In this document: positions 1 to 10,244 of the stretch, piece by piece
Numbering within the stretch: the first letter of the stretch is position 1
How the letters are laid out: every line of letters begins with the position of its first letter
Assembly: GCA_038893835.1 (NCBI GenBank)
Contig: JAWAQR010000002.1
Coordinates: 44,235 to 108,234 of the forward strand
Source of the DNA: Archaeoglobaceae archaeon
Lineage (GTDB): Archaea > Halobacteriota > Archaeoglobi > Archaeoglobales > Archaeoglobaceae
Length of the DNA: 64,000 nt
Reading direction: 5' to 3'
Program-made: the position numbers and the translations under genes
The notes under the pieces: generated by a model
Databases searched by the model: none
Told to the model about the DNA's origin: nothing
Seen by the model: the letters and a program-made list of their open reading frames with translations, nothing else

Positions 1-141
1 TTCAAGAATGGATTTATTGTAGACTGGTTCTTTGTAATTGCAATCCCCGAAAATTCTGTTGAGATGAAAGAGAAGTTAGAAGATGAGATCCCTTCAATTT
101 GCCAAGTATTGCTACACCTTCTGCGACCTCTTTTGCCTTAG
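1..141 (+). CDS. 3' end of a CDS entering the window (FKNGFIVDWFFVIAIPENSVEMKEKLEDE...), product unknown
   Basis: Open frame 1 from base 1 to TAG at 139-141, protein-like composition. Confidence 0.5.
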   Translation, partial: FKNGFIVDWFFVIAIPENSVEMKEKLEDEIPSICQVLLHLLRPLLP

Positions 142-244
142 CTCGGCTATTTAGCTTTACAACATTGACTTCAAACTTGGAAAGAAAGTGTTCAATTTCT
201 TTTTTAGCATCGCTAAAGAATTTTATAAGTCAATCTCCAAAATC

Positions 245-1420
245 TCAGCGAAGTTCGTCCCATTTCCTTTTTCTTCTAAACTTCAATCCCAAGAAAATAA
301 CTGCTATTGCCACAATTACTGCTCCAATTATGGCAAAGTGTTGGAGAGATAAACTTGGAATTGGGATCCACAAACTCCGGAGTTTTTCTGCTTCAGAGTT
401 GAGTAAGGATATGAAGTTTGTGAGCTTTGTGATCAAAGAAGTAGAGTTTACCTCTATCTTCCTCAAAGTCTCTATCGCTTTTGTAAACTCTTTCCTATCC
501 ATTAAGGATTCAACGCTCCTCATCAAATCCTTAAGGGCGCTGAATTCATTTTCAAGCGTTTTTTGCTCAATTGCGAGCTGCGTATAGTTGCTGTGAGTCT
601 TAAGTTTTTCAAGCAAAACAGAAGAATTCATGAGCATTTTTTGGATTTCAGAAAGCTTTAAATTCACTTTAGAGTATAGATCTTCTGCAATCTTTTTGTT
701 TGTCAAATCTACGAGTTGATTTAATGAATTGTTCGCATCTAAAAGCTTCGCATTTGCATCTAAGAACCTTTTAGCTATTAAATATGATTCTGCGGAATCT
801 ATTGTTCTTTTGACATTGTTAAAATCTTCCTCGTTGTAAAGGTTTTCAGCCCTTAGTTTTTGCTCCAACTCGCTCAGCTTCGCCCTTAAGGACTTTATGT
901 CGTTCTTAAACGCATTTTCGTTTGCGACACAGATCTTTAATTCTGGAAGGGCATCTCTTTCACAATCTTCGCAGCTCGCCTTAATGGCAGTGAAGTTGCA
1001 AAGCCTAACGCTACAAATCGGAACTATTGCAGTGAGATTTGCAGATATCTTTGCAATTCCCTTTACTTCTCCCCCAATTGCAAAATACTTAGCTTCGATT
1101 GAGACTTCTTTACCACTCTTTTCCTCATCCCATACTCCGCCTTGATAATAATCGACAGCAAGTCTCCATAAAGCATCGTTTAGATCAGTTTTAAAATAAT
1201 AAGACCTTGCATTAGCTTCTTCTCCACCTAAAAGAGGTCTGTAGGCAGAAGATTTTGGTAAAATTTCGTATTTTATGCTTATTTTTTCTCCACCTGTGAA
1301 ACATTCCTCCTTTGGAGATATCTCGTATTCGACGGTAAAATGCTGACTCGACAAAGTTTCCAAAGCTAGGGATGGGAAAGTTAGGAGTACTAGAGCTGCT
1401 AACACTGCAACAGACCGCAT
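245..1420 (-). CDS. Secreted, C-terminally membrane-anchored coiled-coil hypothetical protein
   Basis: 391 aa ORF; N-terminal signal peptide, long heptad region, C-terminal TM helix followed by basic tail KFRRKRK. Confidence 0.8.
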   Translation of the reverse strand: MRSVAVLAALVLLTFPSLALETLSSQHFTVEYEISPKEECFTGGEKISIKYEILPKSSAYRPLLGGEEANARSYYFKTDLNDALWRLAVDYYQGGVWDEEKSGKEVSIEAKYFAIGGEVKGIAKISANLTAIVPICSVRLCNFTAIKASCEDCERDALPELKICVANENAFKNDIKSLRAKLSELEQKLRAENLYNEEDFNNVKRTIDSAESYLIAKRFLDANAKLLDANNSLNQLVDLTNKKIAEDLYSKVNLKLSEIQKMLMNSSVLLEKLKTHSNYTQLAIEQKTLENEFSALKDLMRSVESLMDRKEFTKAIETLRKIEVNSTSLITKLTNFISLLNSEAEKLRSLWIPIPSLSLQHFAIIGAVIVAIAVIFLGLKFRRKRKWDELR

Positions 1421-1548
1421 ATTACGTTTTTTTCAACAGGAAATTTAAAATTTTCCAATGATCTTTCATAACATCAAGTCTTAATTCCAAGCGTTTCAGG
1501 CTGTGAATTTCAAGAGAATTTTTAAATTCCGAAATCCGATTTCGTGCC

Positions 1549-3129
1549 ATGAAAGTATTAGTAGCAGAACAGATCAGCGAAAGCGCGATAGAATTTATGA
1601 AAAGTAATGGACTTGAAGTTGATGTAAAACTAGGAATGAAAAAAAGTGATCTTCTAAATGTTATTCAAGATTACGATGCATTGATTGTAAGAAGTCAGTT
1701 AAAGGTAGATAAGGAGGTAATTGAAAAAGGAAAAAGACTCAAGATAATTGCAAGGGCTGGAGTAGGTGTAGATAACATCGATGTCGATGCAGCAACGCAG
1801 CGTGGGATTGTTGTGATCAACGCACCAGGTGGAAACACGGTTTCGACTGCAGAGCATGCAATAGCCTTAATGTTCGCAGTTGCCCGTAAAATACCACAGG
1901 CCTATCTTTCGATGAGAGGGGGTAAATGGGAGAGAAAAAAATTTGAGGGTATAGAATTAAGGGGAAAAACTGTTGGAATCATAGGTCTTGGAAGGGTTGG
2001 TTATGAGGTTGCGAAACGTTGTAAGGCTCTAGATATGAACGTGATAGCCTTTGATCCATATATCCCAGCTGAGAGAGCTCAAAAGATTGGTGTTAAACTT
2101 GTCGACTTGGATACGCTTTTGCGAGAATCGGATATAATCACAGTCCATGTCCCTAAGACAAAAGAAACGGTCGGTCTAATAGGAAAGAGGGAAATAGAAC
2201 TCATGAAGAATGGAGTAATCATAATAAACACAGCCAGAGGGGGAATAGTGAGTGAGGATGCGCTGATAGAGGGATTGAGGAGTGGAAAGATATTTGGAGT
2301 TGGTTTAGACGTTTACGAAGTTGAACCGCCCAACTTTGAAAGTCCGCTTTTCAAATTCGAAAACGTCATAACAACCCCACACATTGCAGCTTCAACGAGA
2401 GAAGCACAGGAGAGTGTTGGAAGAATAATTGCAGAAGATATAGTCAATTTTGCAAAGGGGTTGCCTGCAAAGAATGCCATAAACCTACCGCCTATAGAGC
2501 CTTCAGAATTCGAATTCTTAATGCCTTACGCAATTCTCGCAGAAAAAATGGGTAAAATAGCCAGCGCTAGACTTGGTGGAGTTATAAGGAGAGTAAAAAT
2601 GATTTTTAGCGGAAAAATAGCTGAAAAGAATACTGAATTCATCGTAAGATCGCTTTTAAAGGGATTGCTTGAAAGAACTCTGGGAATGGGTATAAACTTA
2701 GTATCGGCAAGAAGTATAGCTGAGGAAAGAGGAATAAAAGTTGAAATTTCGCTTGGCAAAAGCGAGTATTATGAAAGTTTGTTGGAAGTTGAGGTTGAGA
2801 CTGAAAAAGGAAAGATTTACTTCGCTGGGACTTGTTTTGGGAAGGAATACAGACTTCTGAAAATAGATGTCTATCATGTCAATTTCATTCCAAAAGGGCA
2901 TTACATAATATCCCTGCACGAAGACAAGCCAGGAGTCATAGGGAGAGTTGGAACTTTATTTGGTAAGAACAACATAAACATCGCCGGAATGATAGTAGGT
3001 AGAAGTGGTGACAAGCCTGGAGGGGTGCAGTTAATGCTCCTACTCGTCGATGATCCTCCAAGTGAAGAAGTGCTGAGAGAAATGACAAGGCTGGATGGCA
3101 TCATAGATGCAACCTATGTCGAGCTGTGA
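1549..3129 (+). CDS. serA: D-3-phosphoglycerate dehydrogenase (with ASB and ACT domains)
   Basis: RAGVGVDNID, GLGRVG, TPHIAAST motifs; C-terminal ACT (HEDKPGVIG). Confidence 0.96.
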   Translation: MKVLVAEQISESAIEFMKSNGLEVDVKLGMKKSDLLNVIQDYDALIVRSQLKVDKEVIEKGKRLKIIARAGVGVDNIDVDAATQRGIVVINAPGGNTVSTAEHAIALMFAVARKIPQAYLSMRGGKWERKKFEGIELRGKTVGIIGLGRVGYEVAKRCKALDMNVIAFDPYIPAERAQKIGVKLVDLDTLLRESDIITVHVPKTKETVGLIGKREIELMKNGVIIINTARGGIVSEDALIEGLRSGKIFGVGLDVYEVEPPNFESPLFKFENVITTPHIAASTREAQESVGRIIAEDIVNFAKGLPAKNAINLPPIEPSEFEFLMPYAILAEKMGKIASARLGGVIRRVKMIFSGKIAEKNTEFIVRSLLKGLLERTLGMGINLVSARSIAEERGIKVEISLGKSEYYESLLEVEVETEKGKIYFAGTCFGKEYRLLKIDVYHVNFIPKGHYIISLHEDKPGVIGRVGTLFGKNNINIAGMIVGRSGDKPGGVQLMLLLVDDPPSEEVLREMTRLDGIIDATYVEL

Positions 3130-3130
3130 A

Positions 3131-3751
3131 ATGTACAAAGCAGAGCTCCACGTTCATTCGAATTTCAGCGATGGAAGGGATAGTGTAAGAAAATTGCTTG
3201 AAGAGGCTTTGAGAAAAAGGATCGAACTGATTTCAATAACGGACCACAACACGATTCAAGGATCGCTCGAAGCCATGGACATCGTGATCGAGGAAAAAAT
3301 ACCCATTGTGGTCATACCTGGGATAGAAGTGTCAACTTCTACAGGTCATCTGCTCGTGTTCGGGCTAGTTAAAGATATAGAGCCTGGGCTTTCTATGAGG
3401 GAAACGTGTGGAATTGCGAAATCCCTTGATTGCATAACTGCGTTAGCTCATCCATTTGACATCTTTCGTAAAGGGAGTTTAAAGATTGAAGATTTTAAGA
3501 TCGTCGATTGCGTCGAGGTTTTCAATGCGAAGAGCTATTTTAATTTCCTTGCAAAAAGATATGCAGAGAAATTTGGAAAAAGAGGCATTGGTGGAAGCGA
3601 TGCGCATGCAGCAAATCAGATAGGTTTAGTCGTGAATTACCTTGAAATTCCCGAAAAAAATGCAATTCTTAAAGCTTTCTTTGATGGAAGAAAGCAGAGA
3701 ATCAGGGAAAGAGTGATTTCTCTACTATCTCGGATAAATCCAAAACCTTGA
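3131..3751 (+). CDS. PHP-domain metal-dependent phosphoesterase
   Basis: ELHVHS-SDG, ITDHN, AHP, GGSDAH motifs; ATG at 3131 just after serA stop. Confidence 0.9.
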   Translation: MYKAELHVHSNFSDGRDSVRKLLEEALRKRIELISITDHNTIQGSLEAMDIVIEEKIPIVVIPGIEVSTSTGHLLVFGLVKDIEPGLSMRETCGIAKSLDCITALAHPFDIFRKGSLKIEDFKIVDCVEVFNAKSYFNFLAKRYAEKFGKRGIGGSDAHAANQIGLVVNYLEIPEKNAILKAFFDGRKQRIRERVISLLSRINPKP

Positions 3752-4760
3752 TCCTACCTCCACCAGTTCTGGAAAAGTTATACTCGCAGAATGGACAGGA
3801 AGTTATAACAACATTCGTTCCCGTCGAAAGGATTTCTCTTATTCTTTCTTCACAGATCGCAATTGAGATGTCCTTGAACTGACTCCTCAAACCCCCTCCT
3901 GCCCCACAACACAGAGAGAATTCTCTATTTCTTTCCATCTCGATCAGTTTTATCCCAACTTTTCTTATGACTTTCCTCGGTTCCTCATAAATTCCCATAT
4001 GTCTCCCTAGATGACATGGGTCGTGATAAGTTGCGATAAGATCTAATTTTCCCTCCACGAGCTCTGCAAAGACTGAAGAAATATGTTTGACTTCGAAATT
4101 GAACTCGTAACCTAGTTCTCTGGCAAATATGGGATAATCCTTAGAAATCGTCTTATAGCAACCAGGACAGGAAGTTATTATCTCCTCTATTCCAGCCTTT
4201 TCCCAGACATGAATGTTCTTTTTGAAAAGATATCTTCCAACATCCCTTTGTCCAGTCCTCAAAAATAGTGAACCGCAGCAGAATTCTGAAGAGCCGAGAA
4301 TGGTGAATTCCACTCCTAGCTTTCTCAAAGCATTTGCAGAAGCTTTTGCTATGTTTTGAAGCTTATAACTCGCAGTACATCCAGCGAAGTAAAGGATTTT
4401 AGATTTTTTAACTTTAAAATCTAGCCATTCAGCTCTTTTCTCTGGATTGCCACCGTATGGATTATAATCCCTTAAAGTCATATCTCTAAGCTTCTTGTGA
4501 ATCGGCAAAGGTGCAAATTTTCTTTCCACCAGTTCTTCTCTCTTTTTTTCCCAAAATTCTGTGAGACGAAGATTTACTGGGCAAATAATTTCGCATAAAC
4601 CACATATACTGCACTTAAAGAAATCTTTAACCATTCTAGCATCTATTTTCACATTTTTATTGAAAATAGATATTTTTCCTCTTGGCGATACAGATTCAAT
4701 TTTTTCAACTCTGAAAACCGGACAAATGTTACAGAGACCGCATTTTATGCATTCAGCCAT
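3702..4760 (-). CDS. Fe-S oxidoreductase, GlcF/HdrD-like (two 4Fe-4S plus two CCG domains)
   Basis: CIKCGLCNICP, CSICGLCEIICP, FCCGS, YHDPCHLGR, CCGAGGG. Confidence 0.9.
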   Translation of the reverse strand: MAECIKCGLCNICPVFRVEKIESVSPRGKISIFNKNVKIDARMVKDFFKCSICGLCEIICPVNLRLTEFWEKKREELVERKFAPLPIHKKLRDMTLRDYNPYGGNPEKRAEWLDFKVKKSKILYFAGCTASYKLQNIAKASANALRKLGVEFTILGSSEFCCGSLFLRTGQRDVGRYLFKKNIHVWEKAGIEEIITSCPGCYKTISKDYPIFARELGYEFNFEVKHISSVFAELVEGKLDLIATYHDPCHLGRHMGIYEEPRKVIRKVGIKLIEMERNREFSLCCGAGGGLRSQFKDISIAICEERIREILSTGTNVVITSCPFCEYNFSRTGGGRIKVLDLSEIVEKSLFP

Positions 4761-5980
4761 AAAAATCTCTCTAAAATGGAAATTGTGATAGAGAACGCAT
4801 TCCAGCCAATTTTCCCTGGATTTAAAAGGTTCTTTGGATCAACTCTCCTCTTATATCTCCTTAATTCTTCGTCACATTTGTGTGAAAAAAACATTCCTTT
4901 AGCGTAAACTTCCCCACCCAGCTTTTCGGCAATCTTGACGAGCTTTAGAGCTTTCAGCATATTCCCATAACTGGCGCTGAAAGTGGAAATGAAGACGACA
5001 CAATCTCGAGTGAACACAGCTTCAACACCTTCTGAAATATTTCTAGCATAGTTAAAGAATTCTTCTGCCTTCTCATACGGAACACATGTTTCTGAGAATA
5101 TTTTCTTTTTTCTTTCAACAATTTTAAGCGGAGTAAGTCTTTTTCTCCACAATTCCTCTCCCATTTCATTGTTCTCACCATTTTCTGAACAGATTAGAAG
5201 AGTATCTCCAAGCTTGTATCCCTCAAGTCTTAGGTACTTTGAATCCTTAAAGCTTGCATGATATGCGTTTTTGATTTTTGAAATAGCTTCCTTAAAACTA
5301 CTCTCTATCGCCAAACTAGAGATTTCAGAGTTTTTTCTAAGCTTTATACAAGCCTTTGTGATCAAGCCAGTAGCGCCAGAGGCTCCAACGTAGTACTTTA
5401 ACTCATCTCCCTTAACGATCTTTACACCCTCAAAATCCACAACTTCTAACCATTCAACGTTATCCTTTATACCCCCATACCTCAAACTTCCAATCCCAAA
5501 TCCACCCTGCGCAATCCAGCCACCAACAGTTGAGACTAACGCACTAGTTGGATAAATTCGAAGTGCTTCCCCTCTTTTTCTCGCCTCTCTTTCTATATCT
5601 ATCCAAATTGCCCCGCTTTCCGCAATCACCTTGCCATCCTGAAATTCGAATCTTGACATTTTTTTAAAGTCGACGATTACGCAGCTTTTAAGAGGAACGC
5701 TTCCACCGTAAGCAGAAGTTGCCGAGCCCCTAGGGACCAGCGGTATTTCATATCTCTCACAAAGTTTAAGTATCTGCAAGAGATCTTCGACAGAACTTGG
5801 CTGCACGACGATTACAGGTTTTTTTATGAAGCTTGAAAATAACTTCGGAATGAAAGAAAAATCATAGCAATAAATCTTTAAAATTTCCGGGTGATCCTCA
5901 ACCTTCCCTAGCTTCGAGAAGATTTCTCTAAATCCCACAAGTTTTGTAGTCTTAACATTAAATAACTTTTTGCATAACAA
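4745..5980 (-). CDS. FAD-binding oxidoreductase, GlcD/D-lactate dehydrogenase-like (start may be GTG near 5938)
   Basis: PRGSATSAYGG, TVGGWIAQGG-G, GATGLIT, DPKNLLNPGK motifs. Confidence 0.85.
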   Translation of the reverse strand: MLCKKLFNVKTTKLVGFREIFSKLGKVEDHPEILKIYCYDFSFIPKLFSSFIKKPVIVVQPSSVEDLLQILKLCERYEIPLVPRGSATSAYGGSVPLKSCVIVDFKKMSRFEFQDGKVIAESGAIWIDIEREARKRGEALRIYPTSALVSTVGGWIAQGGFGIGSLRYGGIKDNVEWLEVVDFEGVKIVKGDELKYYVGASGATGLITKACIKLRKNSEISSLAIESSFKEAISKIKNAYHASFKDSKYLRLEGYKLGDTLLICSENGENNEMGEELWRKRLTPLKIVERKKKIFSETCVPYEKAEEFFNYARNISEGVEAVFTRDCVVFISTFSASYGNMLKALKLVKIAEKLGGEVYAKGMFFSHKCDEELRRYKRRVDPKNLLNPGKIGWNAFSITISILERFLWLNA

Positions 5981-6070
5981 TAAAAAATTAAAAAAGTTTA
6001 TTAACTATTAACAAAATCGTCTAAATGACACAAACGAAAAATTTATATTGCTACTTTGAAACTAACTGAC

Positions 6071-6862
6071 ATGATAGGGAAAAGGATTAGATTGGAAAGG
6101 ATAATAGACAGGAATACCAAGCATACAGTCATCGTTCCCATGGACCATGGAGTCTCGATGGGGCCAATAGAAGGGTTACAGAACTTGACAAAAACGATAA
6201 ACGCCGTAGCAGAAGGAGGGGCAAATGCAGTAGTTGTTCATAAAGGAATCGTTGCTTATGGGCATCGAGGTTATGGGAAAGATATTGGCTTAATAATACA
6301 CCTAAGCGCATCTACGATGCTTTCGCCGGATCCGAATGAAAAGGTTTTAGTTTGCACAGTTGAGGAAGCGATAAAACTTGGAGCAGATGGTGTCAGCATA
6401 CACGTAAACATAGGGAGCAAAACAGAGGCTGAGCAATTAAAAATGCTTGGAGAAATATCGAGAATTTGCGCTGATTGGGGAATGCCCCTTCTTGCAATGA
6501 TGTATCCAAGGGGGGAAAAGATAAACCAGTTTGATCCAAAAGCAGTGGCTCTTGCTGCCAGAGTTGGTGCGGAGCTTGGGGCAGATATAGTTAAAACGAA
6601 CTTCACTGGAGATGTGGAGAGTTTCAAAAAAGTAGTTGAAGGTTGTCCAGTTCCAATAGTTATCGCTGGAGGTCCAAAGATGGGAAGTAGCGAAGAGTTG
6701 CTGCAAATGGTCAGAATGGCCATGGATGCTGGAGCCAAAGGTGTTGCCATTGGAAGAAATATATTCCAGGCAGATAACCCGACAAAGATGACCAGAGCTA
6801 TAGCGATGATAGTTCACGAAAATGCAGATGTAAAGACAGCCTTGGAGTATCTGCGAAGCTAA
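6071..6862 (+). CDS. aroA': 2-amino-3,7-dideoxy-D-threo-hept-6-ulosonate synthase (DhnA-type class I aldolase family)
   Basis: VPMDHG, MYPRG, GADIVKT, AGGPK, GRNIFQ; alternative archaeal 3-dehydroquinate pathway. Confidence 0.85.
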   Translation: MIGKRIRLERIIDRNTKHTVIVPMDHGVSMGPIEGLQNLTKTINAVAEGGANAVVVHKGIVAYGHRGYGKDIGLIIHLSASTMLSPDPNEKVLVCTVEEAIKLGADGVSIHVNIGSKTEAEQLKMLGEISRICADWGMPLLAMMYPRGEKINQFDPKAVALAARVGAELGADIVKTNFTGDVESFKKVVEGCPVPIVIAGGPKMGSSEELLQMVRMAMDAGAKGVAIGRNIFQADNPTKMTRAIAMIVHENADVKTALEYLRS

Positions 6863-7593
6863 TCTATCTCCTCAATTTTTAACCTCCACAGAGAATTGAT
6901 TTTAGTCGCAAACTTTGGATTTTTGAACCTGGATATCAACTTAAAATCCCTGGGATAACCGATGAATGGATCAACTGTGAGTTTCTCAGGATTTACAACC
7001 CATACCTTTGCTTTTGCCATTTTAAAGTTTTCAGAGTGAATCTTGAAGAACTTGATGAACTCATCTGGTTTCTCTTCAATTTTCACGGCAACAACGTATT
7101 CTCCATCAAAGCTTGAAGATAAATTAATATGCATATCCACATCTTCAAAGGCATAACGGATTGTCGAAAAGAAGACTGCATAGCGATTTTTATCTGAATA
7201 TATTCTCAAAAAATGCCCCTCTTTATCGTAACCTTCAAAGAATTTGTCTACTGAAGCCATCATCGCATCTAGTTTGCTTAAAAAGTTTTTTGCATGGATG
7301 TACTCCTCATAAGCCTTGATGAAATCCTCTTTTGTTGGAGCTACGGTGTGTAAGTGGTAGAAGCTTATTCCATTTATCTCAACCTTTTCTGAAAAGTGTA
7401 AACTCTTCAAAGTTATTGGGCAATCTAGAAAACTGCAAACAACTTCTTTCAAATCATTTTCACTGAAATATATAGCTTTTAGCCCCAAAGCTTTCAAAGC
7501 AGAGCGAATCGCTTTTACTTTTAACTCCTCCTCAGTCACAACCACTTTGTTGGAAAGAGATTCTGAGAGTTTTTCGATCACTTCTACTTCCAC
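6859..7593 (-). CDS. Conserved hypothetical protein
   Basis: 244 aa ORF, normal codon usage, no recognised motif. Confidence 0.7.
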   Translation of the reverse strand: MEVEVIEKLSESLSNKVVVTEEELKVKAIRSALKALGLKAIYFSENDLKEVVCSFLDCPITLKSLHFSEKVEINGISFYHLHTVAPTKEDFIKAYEEYIHAKNFLSKLDAMMASVDKFFEGYDKEGHFLRIYSDKNRYAVFFSTIRYAFEDVDMHINLSSSFDGEYVVAVKIEEKPDEFIKFFKIHSENFKMAKAKVWVVNPEKLTVDPFIGYPRDFKLISRFKNPKFATKINSLWRLKIEEID

Positions 7594-7641
7594 AGATCTT
7601 GTAAGGCTAAAGCTTTTAATATTTTTCTCTACACTTTTTTT

Positions 7642-8577
7642 ATGCGAGTAAGAACCGGTTCACGAATTCACATAACTCTCATAGACATGAACGCAAGCAT
7701 TGGAAGAGTCGACGGTGGTGTAGGTATTGCTTTGGATGAGCCAAAGATTGAAATAAAGGCCTTTAGGAGTGATAAAGTCGTTGTTAAAGGTGATTCCGAA
7801 AATTTTGAAAGATTTTATACAGTTGCCAATAAAATGAAAAATTTTTTTGGAAAAGGAATCGAAATCGAAATTCTTTCCGATTACAAAGCACATGTGGGTC
7901 TTGGAAGTGGAACTCAAATAGCTTTAGCTGTTGGTAAAGCCTATTCAGAAATTTACAACCTTGGATTGAGTGTCAGGAAGATTGCTGAGCTCCTCAACAG
8001 AGGTGGAACCTCTGGAATTGGCGTATCAGCTTTTGAATATGGTGGATTTTTGGTCGATGGAGGACATTCTTGGAAAGAGAAGGGGAGTTTTTTACCATCT
8101 TCTTTCAGCAAAGCTAAACCTGCACCGCTTATTTCTAGATTGGAGTTTCCAGACTGGAAAATTGTGGTTGCAATACCAAGGTTAAGCGGCGCATATGGTG
8201 TTGGAGAACTTGAACTGTTTAAAAAATCCTGCCCCGTGCCAATTGAAGAGGTAAGAGAGCTCTGCCATATAATACTCATGAAACTGCTTCCATCTGTAGT
8301 CGAGAGTGATCTTGACTCTTTTCTTAGCGCAATTAGAAGGATACAGCAAATAGGTTTTAAAAAGGCTGAAGTTGAAAGATATGGGAGAATAATAAAGGAT
8401 TTACTGGATTTACTACCTTTCGGAATGAGCTCAACTGGTCCAAGCGTTTATACTGTAACGGACAGCGATGCTAGAAAAATGGCAGTTGAGGTGGAAAATT
8501 ACTTCAGCGAGAGAGGGATAGATTGTGAAGTGATAATAACAAAAGCTAGAAATAGGGGTGCAGAAGTTGAAGTATAA
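7642..8577 (+). CDS. Beta-ribofuranosylaminobenzene 5'-phosphate synthase (methanopterin biosynthesis, GHMP family)
   Basis: SRIHITLIDM, GRVDGGVG, HVGLGSGTQ, RGGTSGIG, GGFLVDGGH. Confidence 0.9.
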   Translation: MRVRTGSRIHITLIDMNASIGRVDGGVGIALDEPKIEIKAFRSDKVVVKGDSENFERFYTVANKMKNFFGKGIEIEILSDYKAHVGLGSGTQIALAVGKAYSEIYNLGLSVRKIAELLNRGGTSGIGVSAFEYGGFLVDGGHSWKEKGSFLPSSFSKAKPAPLISRLEFPDWKIVVAIPRLSGAYGVGELELFKKSCPVPIEEVRELCHIILMKLLPSVVESDLDSFLSAIRRIQQIGFKKAEVERYGRIIKDLLDLLPFGMSSTGPSVYTVTDSDARKMAVEVENYFSERGIDCEVIITKARNRGAEVEV

Positions 8578-9337
8578 TCTATGGTTCGGAACACTTGAAA
8601 AAGATTTAAAGATCTCCGAAAACTTTGAGAGTAGTTTTCTTTCTGCAGTAAATCATTCACCTTTACCCTTCAATCTTTCAGAATTCGGAATGAAGTTACT
8701 TGGAAAGAATTATTACCGAATTCTAAGAAAGGTTGCGATCGAAATCGCTGAAAAGAGAATCAAAGAGGAATTGGGGAGTGATGAAAAATACGTGATAGCA
8801 TTGGTAAAAGCGCTGGATGGAGTTGAGGAGGCCATAAACATCGTAAAAGAGAAAAGGGATGATTTAAAAGATATAAGAGATACCATACTCGGAAACTTTG
8901 AAGATGCAATTAAAGAACTCGAAAAGCTCAGGGATGAGATAGAAAAGGAAATAAATGCTACTATGCATAAAATAGCGCCAAATTTAACTGAGATAGCAGG
9001 ATATAAAATAGGTGCGAAGCTCATCGAAAAATTCGGAAGCTTAAAGAAATTGGCTTTTTCCAATGCGAATAAAATCCAGATTGCTGGGGCTGAAAAAAGT
9101 TTATACAAAGCTCTTACAAGGATAAAAAAAGGAAAAGAAGCTAAAATACCGAAGCATGGTATAATATTCCTACACAGCTTTGTTAGGAGTTTACCGAAGA
9201 AGAAAAGAGGGAAGATGGCAAGATTTTTGGCTTCTAAAATATCCATAGCTTCAAAAATAGACTACTTCAGAGGTGAACTCGAAGAAGGTTTATTCGAATC
9301 TTTAAAAAGGAAGTTTGAGGAGTTGAGGAGGAAATGA
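8558..9337 (+). CDS. nop5: Box C/D sRNP protein Nop5 (short Archaeoglobus-type)
   Basis: IAPNLTEIAG, IQIAGAEKSL, PKHGIIF; directly upstream of fibrillarin. Confidence 0.92.
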   Translation: MQKLKYNLWFGTLEKDLKISENFESSFLSAVNHSPLPFNLSEFGMKLLGKNYYRILRKVAIEIAEKRIKEELGSDEKYVIALVKALDGVEEAINIVKEKRDDLKDIRDTILGNFEDAIKELEKLRDEIEKEINATMHKIAPNLTEIAGYKIGAKLIEKFGSLKKLAFSNANKIQIAGAEKSLYKALTRIKKGKEAKIPKHGIIFLHSFVRSLPKKKRGKMARFLASKISIASKIDYFRGELEEGLFESLKRKFEELRRK

Positions 9338-9966
9338 GGAACGTAAAAATAATAAACGGTGTTCCGGCTACTAAGAGTAAATATGGGAGCCATTATGGTG
9401 AGAGAATATTCTTTCTGGGAAATGAAAAGTTCAGAGAATGGGTACCTTGGAGGAGTAAACTATCTGCATTAATCCTAAAAGGCTATGAAATCGACTTCAG
9501 AGGGGATGAAAAAATTCTCTACCTTGGTGCAGCAAGTGGGACAACTTTAAGTCATTTAGCAGACATAGTGGATGAGGGGATAATATATGCTGTTGAGTAC
9601 TCAGCGAAGCCTTTCATAAAGTTACTCGAGCTCGCAAAGGAAAGAGATAACATTATACCTCTTTTCTTCGATGCAAGCAAACCTTGGCTGTATAGCGGAA
9701 TCGTGGAAAAGGTTGATTTCATATACCAAGACATAGCTCAAAAGAATCAGATTGAGATTCTAAAAACAAATGCTGATTTCTTCTTAAAAGATAACGGTAT
9801 GTTTTTGATCATGATAAAGGCTAAAAGCATAGATTCGACTGCCGAGAGTGGAGAAATTTTCTCTCTCATAACCCAGAAAATTTCTAAGGATTTTTCAATT
9901 CTTGAAAAAGGTTCTCTAGAACCATATCATAAAGACCATATGTTCGTACTTGGGGTGAAGATATGA
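9334..9966 (+). CDS. flpA: Fibrillarin-like rRNA/tRNA 2'-O-methyltransferase
   Basis: W-PWRSKL, LYLGAASGTT-SH, YQDIAQ, LEPYHKDH. Confidence 0.96.
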   Translation: MRNVKIINGVPATKSKYGSHYGERIFFLGNEKFREWVPWRSKLSALILKGYEIDFRGDEKILYLGAASGTTLSHLADIVDEGIIYAVEYSAKPFIKLLELAKERDNIIPLFFDASKPWLYSGIVEKVDFIYQDIAQKNQIEILKTNADFFLKDNGMFLIMIKAKSIDSTAESGEIFSLITQKISKDFSILEKGSLEPYHKDHMFVLGVKI

Positions 9967-10244
9967 GATTCAGAATAGTTAGGATCGAGTTGAAGGAAGA
10001 AGATGTTCTTGTTTTTATGAAAAGAGTAGATAAAACAATACCGCAAAGAATACCGCAGAGAGTGGAAATAGAGAGACCAGAACAGATAATAGAATTCGGC
10101 TTACAGCTGGGAATGAATTTAGCGAAAAGATTTGAAGACATCTTTGGAGTTGATGCCTTCGTTACGTTAAAATACGATGAGTATATCACGAAGGAGCTGA
10201 AAGTTGGAGATTTCGTTGACATAGAAATAAAGGAGGTGGAATGA
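9963..10244 (+). CDS. Small hypothetical protein, possibly arcadin-1-like fold
   Basis: 93 aa, coupled to flpA; C-terminal LKYDEY...LKVGDFVDIEI. Confidence 0.65.
   Translation: MRFRIVRIELKEEDVLVFMKRVDKTIPQRIPQRVEIERPEQIIEFGLQLGMNLAKRFEDIFGVDAFVTLKYDEYITKELKVGDFVDIEIKEVE

Noticed and set aside
1431-1445. TTTCAACAGGAAAT resembling a mini-ORB
   Set aside because: No G-string, imperfect dyad, and it sits in a divergent promoter.
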